Shown piece by piece: positions 58,105-64,000 of a stretch of DNA of 64,000 nt. Made by a program: the position numbers and the translations under genes. Within the stretch, counting starts at the first letter, position 1. Each line of letters starts with the position of its first letter. The DNA is from Bacteroidota bacterium (lineage in GTDB: Bacteria > Bacteroidota > Bacteroidia > Bacteroidales > GCA-2748055): the NCBI GenBank assembly GCA_039714655.1, contig JBDLIX010000001.1, positions 16,878 through 80,877 of the forward strand, given 5' to 3'. The notes under the pieces are model-generated. The model was not told the DNA's origin and made no database searches. It worked only from the letters and a program-made list of their open reading frames with translations.

Positions 58105-60975
58105 ATGAAATCTGATCACTTTAGCCTTCGTCATTTGGGTCCCCGGCAGCCGGAAATTAAAGAAATGCTGGACAAAATTGGATTAGGATCTGTTGATGAA
58201 CTGGTGGAGAAAACCATTCCCTCCTCTATCTTCAAAAATGAGCCTCTCAACTTGTCTGAAGGAGTTGATGAATACACCTATTTAAACAGGATGCGTGGTG
58301 TTGCTTCAAAGAATAAAATGTTTAAATCCTATATGGGACTGGGCTATTACAACTCCATTCTTCCTTCCGTTATACAGCGTAACATTCTGGAAAATCCCAA
58401 TTGGTATACCTCCTATACGCCCTACCAGGCTGAGATCTCCCAGGGAAGGCTCGAAGCATTACTCAATTTCCAGACCATGGTGATGGAACTTACCGCCATG
58501 GAGATCGCCAACGCCTCATTGCTGGACGAAGCAACTGCAGCTGCCGAAGCCATGATCATGTTTTTCAATGCACGACCAAGGGCAGCCGTAAAGAAGGGGA
58601 AGCGGCAGTTTTTTGTGGATGAGAACATGTTCCCCCAAACAAAGGCAGTATTAATGACCAGGGCCAAACCGTTAGGCATTGAGCTGGTTTTTGGCTCATA
58701 CGAAACCATTGCACTGAACGATTCTATGTTCGGATGCCTGATCCAATACCCGGCTGGCGATGGATCCATCAGGGATTACAGCTCCTTTACCAAATCGGCC
58801 CATGAAAAAGAGATAGCGGTGGCGGTGGCGGCTGACATCATGAGCCTGGTATTGATCACCCCTCCGGGTGAATGGGATGCAGATGTGGTAGTAGGTTCTA
58901 CCCAGCGTTTTGGAATACCCATGTTTTACGGGGGACCGCATGCAGCCTTCTTTGCTACCAAAGAGCGTTATAAAAGAGATATCCCTGGTAGGATTATTGG
59001 TATCTCCATTGATGTAAATGAAAAACCTGCCCTGCGAATGGCACTGCAAACCAGGGAGCAGCACATCAAACGTGAAAGAGCCACCTCGAACATATGCACC
59101 GCGCAAGCACTGCTGGCCAGCATGGCAGGGATGTATGCAACCTATCATGGTCCCGGGGGATTGAAAAGGATCGCCTCCAACATTCACGCCGGGGCAGCCT
59201 ATCTGTCAAACGGACTCAAAGAGCTGAAATACAACGTGGTTCATGATAATTTTTTTGATACCCTGCTTGTTGAAATGCCAGATGGAGTTTCAACTGAAAA
59301 GATCAGAACTCTGGCCGAAGAGAAAGAGATCAATTTCTATTATCCCAACCAAAACAGTGTTCAGTTTACAACCGACGAAACTACTACTGAAGAGAGGCTC
59401 AATGAGATCCTGGAGATCTTCTCAGTTGCCGTAAAAATAGGGATCCAATTTCATGAATCCATTGAACCAACAACAGCATTTGATCCGGCTTTTGCAAGGA
59501 AGTCATCCATTCTTCATCAGGAAACCTTTCATAAATACCGTTCAGAAACGGAGATGATGCGTTATATCAGAATGCTGGAGCGTAAGGACATCTCTCTTAC
59601 CCAGTCCATGATCTCCCTGGGATCCTGTACAATGAAACTGAATGCTGTCTCGCAGTTAATGCCGGTAAGCTGGCCCGAATTCGCGTCACTCCATCCGTTT
59701 GTTCCAATCAATCAGACTGAAGGCTACCACCAGATGATCAATGAACTGGAGTATGCACTGAAAGAGATCACCGGATTTGAGACCATCTCATTTCAACCCA
59801 ACTCGGGTGCGGCAGGAGAGTATGCCGGTCTGATGGTGATCCAGGCCTACCACAAAGATCAGGGGCAAACCCAAAGAAATGTGGTTTTGATCCCAGCCTC
59901 GGCTCACGGCACAAATCCCGCAAGTGCGGTGATGGCTGGACTGGAGGTCAAGGTGGTAAAATGCGACAACCATGGAAATATCGAAACTGAAGAGTTGAAG
60001 AAACTTGCTGCCGAGTATAGTGATGTTCTCTCTTCCATTATGATCACCTATCCCTCTACTCACGGAGTGTTCGAGGACAACATCCGGGAAATTATCGACA
60101 TTGTCCATTCACACGGTGGACAGGTTTACATGGACGGAGCAAACATGAATGCACAGGTAGGACTCACCAGTCCGGCCCATATTGGTGCTGATGTTTGTCA
60201 TCTCAACCTGCATAAAACCTTTGCAATCCCGCATGGAGGAGGAGGTCCGGGTGTTGGGCCCATCGGTGTAGCCAATCATCTTGTGGAGTATTTGCCCACC
60301 CATCCCCTGGTGGAGACTGGCGGAATGAAAGGCATCAACAGCGTCTCAGCCTCCCCCTATGGAAGTGCCGGAATCCTTGCAATATCTCACGCTTACATCC
60401 AAATGCTCGGAGGTGAAGGGCTCACAGAATCAACCCGAATTGCCATCCTCAACGCCAACTATGTGGCCGCATCACTAAGAGAATACTATGATATTCTTTA
60501 TACTGGTACAGAAGGATTTGTTGCCCATGAAATGATCCTCGACTGCAGGAAATTCAAAGCCATGGCCGACATTACCGAAGCTGATATTGCCAAGCGGCTG
60601 ATGGACTATGGTTTTCATGCCCCCACCTTATCGTTCCCGGTCCACGGTACCCTGATGATGGAACCCACCGAAAGCGAATCAAAAGCAGAGTTGGACCGAT
60701 TCATTGAGGCAATGATTGATATTCATCATGATATCATGGAGATTGCCGAAGGTAAGTTGGAGGCTGGGCAGAGTGTCCTGCGGAATGCTCCGCACACAGC
60801 AGAAGTGCTCTTGTCTGAAAATTGGGAACAGACCTACTCCAGAAGCAAAGCTGCATACCCCCTGCCGTGGGTAAAAGAGAACAAGTTCTGGCCCCCGGTA
60901 AGCCGTATCAATGACGGATATGGCGATCGCAACCTGGTCTGTTCATGTGATCCCATTGAATCGTACCGGGACTAG
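58105..60975 (+). CDS. gcvP: Glycine dehydrogenase (aminomethyl-transferring), single-chain P protein
   Basis: 956 aa with the PLP-Lys context 'HLNLHKTFAIPHGGGGPG'. Confidence 0.95.
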   Translation: MKSDHFSLRHLGPRQPEIKEMLDKIGLGSVDELVEKTIPSSIFKNEPLNLSEGVDEYTYLNRMRGVASKNKMFKSYMGLGYYNSILPSVIQRNILENPNWYTSYTPYQAEISQGRLEALLNFQTMVMELTAMEIANASLLDEATAAAEAMIMFFNARPRAAVKKGKRQFFVDENMFPQTKAVLMTRAKPLGIELVFGSYETIALNDSMFGCLIQYPAGDGSIRDYSSFTKSAHEKEIAVAVAADIMSLVLITPPGEWDADVVVGSTQRFGIPMFYGGPHAAFFATKERYKRDIPGRIIGISIDVNEKPALRMALQTREQHIKRERATSNICTAQALLASMAGMYATYHGPGGLKRIASNIHAGAAYLSNGLKELKYNVVHDNFFDTLLVEMPDGVSTEKIRTLAEEKEINFYYPNQNSVQFTTDETTTEERLNEILEIFSVAVKIGIQFHESIEPTTAFDPAFARKSSILHQETFHKYRSETEMMRYIRMLERKDISLTQSMISLGSCTMKLNAVSQLMPVSWPEFASLHPFVPINQTEGYHQMINELEYALKEITGFETISFQPNSGAAGEYAGLMVIQAYHKDQGQTQRNVVLIPASAHGTNPASAVMAGLEVKVVKCDNHGNIETEELKKLAAEYSDVLSSIMITYPSTHGVFEDNIREIIDIVHSHGGQVYMDGANMNAQVGLTSPAHIGADVCHLNLHKTFAIPHGGGGPGVGPIGVANHLVEYLPTHPLVETGGMKGINSVSASPYGSAGILAISHAYIQMLGGEGLTESTRIAILNANYVAASLREYYDILYTGTEGFVAHEMILDCRKFKAMADITEADIAKRLMDYGFHAPTLSFPVHGTLMMEPTESESKAELDRFIEAMIDIHHDIMEIAEGKLEAGQSVLRNAPHTAEVLLSENWEQTYSRSKAAYPLPWVKENKFWPPVSRINDGYGDRNLVCSCDPIESYRD

Positions 60976-61128
60976 GTTGGATATCGCCTAAATTCAACCA
61001 AAGCAAAACTAAGCTGAAATTGCTCTATTTCAGACCATTTTCTTACTGTATTCAATATGATGGACAAAGGGGTTTTGCTATTCAGCTATGATAGTTCCCC
61101 GCCATTTTTGAAAAAGGTAAAAATCACC

Positions 61129-61326
61129 ATGAAATACAACATGGCAAAGTTCAGAAACGGACCAACTGTCAACGAGGAGAACCTGACCATATACCAGCTA
61201 CTGGACAAATGGGATAGTTCCGGATTAATCAAATCAATTGGTGAATGCTGTGTGGATTGCTCATGTACAACAATCTTTGGTTGCATTGATAATTGCGGAG
61301 CGTTTGTGATAGGTGAGAATAAGTGA
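61129..61326 (+). CDS. Small Cys-rich hypothetical protein (coding status uncertain)
   Basis: 65 aa from the ATG at 61129 (89 aa from 61057). The C-terminus is 'GECCVDCSCTTIFGCIDNCGAFVIGENK', with six Cys in 19 residues. An opposite-strand ORF overlaps it and looks non-coding. Confidence 0.3.
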   Translation: MKYNMAKFRNGPTVNEENLTIYQLLDKWDSSGLIKSIGECCVDCSCTTIFGCIDNCGAFVIGENK

Positions 61327-61460
61327 AAGCTATTAAACGATTTGTTCAAGAAAGTAATTGATTTGTACCATAATACAAGTATTCTCTATCCTTAAGTTTC
61401 AAGATTGACTATTACCTTCTCAGTTCGTAACTTGCTGCAGAGAACGTGTAACCGTTGGTC

Positions 61461-62396
61461 ATGAATAGTTTCAAAACAGCAATCAACTGGAATACTATTC
61501 TGTGTCTGTTCATCATTTTGCCTTGTAACGCAGCTGGAACCGGTGGGCCTCTTGTTGATTCCATCCTTCAACAACAGCGGGACTCCATGGTATTTAACTT
61601 AAATCTGGAATACCTGAACGGAGTCAATGACCACAAAACACCCTTCGAACTTATCTCCATCATTGAAGAGATCCTGGAAATCGATCCGGATCAGTACAAC
61701 CACTGGTTCAATCTGGGTATAGAGAATATCAAGATTCATGAATATGACCCTGCCATTGAAGCTCTCAACCGGGGCCTGAAACTCTGTCCAACCGGGGACA
61801 ATCCAACCCTTGTTCAGATATACATTAGCCTCAGTTTCTGCTACCATAAAACCGAGAAGCACCAAAAAGAGAGGGAAATTCTCGACTTCGTTTCAAAAAT
61901 ATACCCCGACCACCCCGGTATCATAGGCAGGTATGCCGTCTGCGCCCATTCGAGAATGCGGTACATAGAAGCTGAGTCCCATCAAAAACAACTCGTTTCG
62001 ATCCTCAGGTCAAAACATGAGAATGAATCCGACATATCCTTTTATCTGGGCTGGCTCTTCCTCAACACAGACTACCTTGAGGCAGAAAAACATTTCAGAA
62101 TAGCACTTCAGTATGATCCGGATAATATTGAAAAGCGGGCTGCTCTCGCATGGGTCCTCATCAGGAATGCCTTGAAAATAGAGGAGGGTATGGCACTTAT
62201 TGCGCAGGCCATTAAAGCAGACCCAAACAATGCCATTTACATTCACCAACAGGGATATGGTTTCTATGTGATGGGCAACTACGAAGATGCCATCTCCAAT
62301 CTATACAATGCACGGGAACTTTACCAGCAATATAGTTTCGAACTGCACAATCACATCCGGATGGTGGAAGAGTCCATCGCCAGCCTGGAGAAGTAA
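61461..62396 (+). CDS. Secreted TPR-repeat protein
   Basis: About 311 aa from the ATG at 61461, with a signal peptide and TPR-like repeats (WFNLGIENIK, IYISLSFCYH, SFYLGWLFLN, IHQQGYGFYVMGNYEDAI). Confidence 0.7.
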   Translation: MNSFKTAINWNTILCLFIILPCNAAGTGGPLVDSILQQQRDSMVFNLNLEYLNGVNDHKTPFELISIIEEILEIDPDQYNHWFNLGIENIKIHEYDPAIEALNRGLKLCPTGDNPTLVQIYISLSFCYHKTEKHQKEREILDFVSKIYPDHPGIIGRYAVCAHSRMRYIEAESHQKQLVSILRSKHENESDISFYLGWLFLNTDYLEAEKHFRIALQYDPDNIEKRAALAWVLIRNALKIEEGMALIAQAIKADPNNAIYIHQQGYGFYVMGNYEDAISNLYNARELYQQYSFELHNHIRMVEESIASLEK

Positions 62397-62400
62397 ATCC

Positions 62401-62862
62401 CTAGATCAGTGCTTTGATCACTGATTTCAGATCAACTACCTTGCTTATAGTTTTATAGACATCACATTCCCTGCAATTTTCATTCTTGCACATTCTCCCC
62501 TTTTCTGAAGCTTCCCAGCAGGGATGGTAATCCTCATTGTATGCGTTACAGGAGTGCCTGTCACTTTCGGAACAATGGCAAATAGCCCAACAGGGGACTA
62601 TTGACATCATTGCCCTTATTCCAGCAAAATTCAAGCCCTTTTCATGGATCAGTAGATGTATATGCTTTAACCTGCTGATGTCATTTTGTGAAAAGAGGTG
62701 GCGCTTGGAGTCTAGCTTAAAGGGAATCAGCAATCCTCTGTCGACATATTGCCTAATGGAATGAGCTGGAATATTTGAGAGCCTGGAAGCAATACCCAAT
62801 GTATACACTGCTCTGTTGGTGTCTGATTCCGGATGTTGGAATTGAGGGTTTTCTTTTTTCAT
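62401..62862 (-). CDS. MerR-family transcriptional regulator with a Cys-rich C-terminal domain
   Basis: 153 aa with the MerR HTH 'YTLGIASRLSNIPAHSIRQYVDRGLL...RHLFSQNDISRL'. The C-terminus is 'PCWAICHCSESDRHSCNAYNEDYHPCWEASEKGRMCKNENCRECD' (9 Cys). Confidence 0.8.
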   Translation of the reverse strand: MKKENPQFQHPESDTNRAVYTLGIASRLSNIPAHSIRQYVDRGLLIPFKLDSKRHLFSQNDISRLKHIHLLIHEKGLNFAGIRAMMSIVPCWAICHCSESDRHSCNAYNEDYHPCWEASEKGRMCKNENCRECDVYKTISKVVDLKSVIKALI

Positions 62863-62942
62863 TATTCTTATTTAATCACATTATAAATAAGCTGATAATT
62901 AAGCAATTAATATACATAAACGGATTGAATTTCCAATATTTT

Positions 62943-62981
62943 CTGTATTATTATTTACAGTATATCTGTATTATATAATAC
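62943..62981. promoter_or_regulatory. Nested dyad symmetries in the AT-rich MerR/cytochrome divergent intergenic region
   Basis: The pattern is CTGTA(62943-47)-N8-TACAG(62956-60)-N5-CTGTA(62966-70). A perfect 14-bp palindrome GTATTATATAATAC (62968-62981) ends 9 nt before the cytochrome ATG. Confidence 0.3.
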
Positions 62982-62990
62982 TCATAAGAT

Positions 62991-63446
62991 ATGCCTGCTC
63001 AACTTAAAAGACTCATTCCCCTGTTTATCATCTTTGTTGGCCTCTTCCTTATTGTTCGTTATTTCCTCGTTCCTGATTCATTTGGACAATACGGTCATTA
63101 CAGGGGAGAATCACTCAAAGACAATGCCTCTAAAGAAGTTGTATTTGCCAGCCGGGAGCAGTGTTATGATTGTCATGAGGATATGCAAGAAAAGCTTGAA
63201 AATGATGTGCATTCAGATCTATCCTGCCTCACATGTCATGGCCCGGGGCTGGCACATGTAACTGATCCCATTGAAGCAAAAATCAGTAAGGAAAGCGGAA
63301 GGGAGTTCTGCGGCAGATGTCATGATATGAATGCTGCTCGTCCAATTGATGTTGTTTTGCAGGTAGATATCAAAACACATCATACAGAGAAACAGGATTG
63401 CATCGAATGTCATAATCCACACCAGGTATGGGAGGGACTCGAATGA
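62991..63446 (+). CDS. Membrane-anchored tetraheme cytochrome c
   Basis: 151 aa with an N-terminal TM helix and four CxxCH motifs (CYDCH, CLTCH, CGRCH, CIECH). Confidence 0.85.
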   Translation: MPAQLKRLIPLFIIFVGLFLIVRYFLVPDSFGQYGHYRGESLKDNASKEVVFASREQCYDCHEDMQEKLENDVHSDLSCLTCHGPGLAHVTDPIEAKISKESGREFCGRCHDMNAARPIDVVLQVDIKTHHTEKQDCIECHNPHQVWEGLE

Positions 63447-64000
63447 AATCATCCAGGAGAAAATTCATAAAGGCCTCTATGGCTGCCGCAGGTACTGTTG
63501 TTTTATCCTCTGCCGTAAAACCATTCCAGATGCTTCTGATTGCCTCAGATCCTCCCCCCGAGGAAGGTCCGTGGTGGGGAATCGGTATCGATATCAGTAA
63601 ATGCATTGGATGTGGACTCTGTGCCCGGGGATGTAAAATAGAAAACAATGTCCCGGAAGATCCATTCTACTTCAGAACATGGATTGAACATTATAGGATT
63701 CTGAACAATGGTGAAGTACAAATCGAGTCACCCAATGGAGGTATCGATGGATTTGAACAATCTCTACAGAAAGAGGAGGTCTTCAAAACCTTTTTCGTGC
63801 CCAAAATGTGTAACCATTGCGCCAGTTCACCCTGCACACAGGTTTGCCCCGTGGGAGCCTCCTATGAAAGTCCCGAGGGTATAGCACTGGTGGATGAAAA
63901 ATACTGTATCGGGTGTAGCTATTGTGTTCAGGCCTGTCCATACGGTTGCCGGTATATACATCCCCAGAAGAAAGTCGTCGACAAATGTACCCTTTGCTAT
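63443..64000 (+). CDS. Tat-exported 4Fe-4S ferredoxin-type subunit (NrfC/HybA/PsrB-like), 3' end outside the window
   Basis: Hand translation gives MKSSRRKFIKASMAAAG... (twin-arginine motif). Cluster motifs present are 'CIGCGLCARGC', 'CNHCASSPCTQVCP' and 'CIGCSYCVQACP'. Its ATG overlaps the upstream TGA (ATGA). There is no stop before position 64000. Confidence 0.85.
   Translation, partial: MKSSRRKFIKASMAAAGTVVLSSAVKPFQMLLIASDPPPEEGPWWGIGIDISKCIGCGLCARGCKIENNVPEDPFYFRTWIEHYRILNNGEVQIESPNGGIDGFEQSLQKEEVFKTFFVPKMCNHCASSPCTQVCPVGASYESPEGIALVDEKYCIGCSYCVQACPYGCRYIHPQKKVVDKCTLCY

Noticed and set aside
58696-59187. 163-aa minus-strand ORF (and other antisense ORFs inside gcvP)
   Set aside because: It is antisense to the strongly supported gcvP reading frame.
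61086-61349. 87-aa minus-strand ORF opposite the Cys-rich small ORF
   Set aside because: Its composition is not protein-like (Ser/Phe/Leu-rich, no motif) and there is no plausible upstream context. The plus-strand frame is itself only weakly supported.
62943-62960. LexA/SOS-box-like CTGT...ACAG in the MerR/cytochrome intergenic region
   Set aside because: The spacing is CTGT-N10-ACAG rather than the gammaproteobacterial N8, and the Bacteroidota LexA motif differs. The context (a respiratory operon) does not suggest SOS control.
1-64000. Window-wide look for CRISPR arrays, IS elements/transposases, integrases, tRNA/rRNA genes and prophage or defence-island genes
   Set aside because: I found no direct-repeat/spacer arrays, terminal inverted repeats with a transposase ORF, tRNA-like T-arm (GGTTCGAATCC-type) sequences, or recognisable defence/mobilome proteins by eye. 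tRNAscan, Infernal and a repeat finder should confirm this.

Overview
This is a chromosomal, mostly housekeeping segment of a Bacteroidota genome. That placement is an inference from gene content: a GldB-like lipoprotein, a T9SS C-terminal sorting domain, a MurF-Alr fusion, an ECF/FecR/STN module, and tgt-lptG and PASTA-rluD neighbourhoods. I call about 60 CDS. They include nadE, murF/alr, tdk, rsmI, dnaB, ispE, a methylmalonyl-CoA carboxyltransferase with a biotin carrier, tgt, rsmG, rpmH (missing from the ORF track), rluD, ddl, a complete trpEGDCFBA operon, dcp, pcm and gcvP. The window ends with the start of a multiheme-cytochrome/Fe-S respiratory operon. I saw no rRNA, tRNA, CRISPR array, transposase, integrase or phage genes. 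Observations worth a second look, in rough order of interest:
1. A tandem pair of secreted acidic 'E-x-W-M' repeat proteins of unknown family. Each has a conserved ECF-type promoter-like block (GAAC-N16-CGTTC), a leader of about 120 nt, and its own terminator.
2. A 19-codon trp leader peptide with three consecutive Trp codons, followed by a UUCG-tetraloop intrinsic terminator upstream of trpE.
3. An ECF sigma/FecR module whose third gene keeps the STN signalling domain but seems to lack a TonB-dependent barrel. It instead carries the body of a paralog encoded just upstream.
4. A Cys-rich MerR-type regulator divergent from a tetraheme cytochrome c / Tat-exported 4Fe-4S operon, with nested dyads in the intergenic region. 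A small Cys-rich ORF lies nearby.
5. An exported FMN-binding-domain protein encoded directly after a porin-like barrel.
6. An orphan groES behind a glutaredoxin-like fusion protein and a Crp/Fnr regulator.
7. A visibly AT-rich single-gene methyltransferase islet.
All functional calls rest on motif recognition by eye; no database search was possible.
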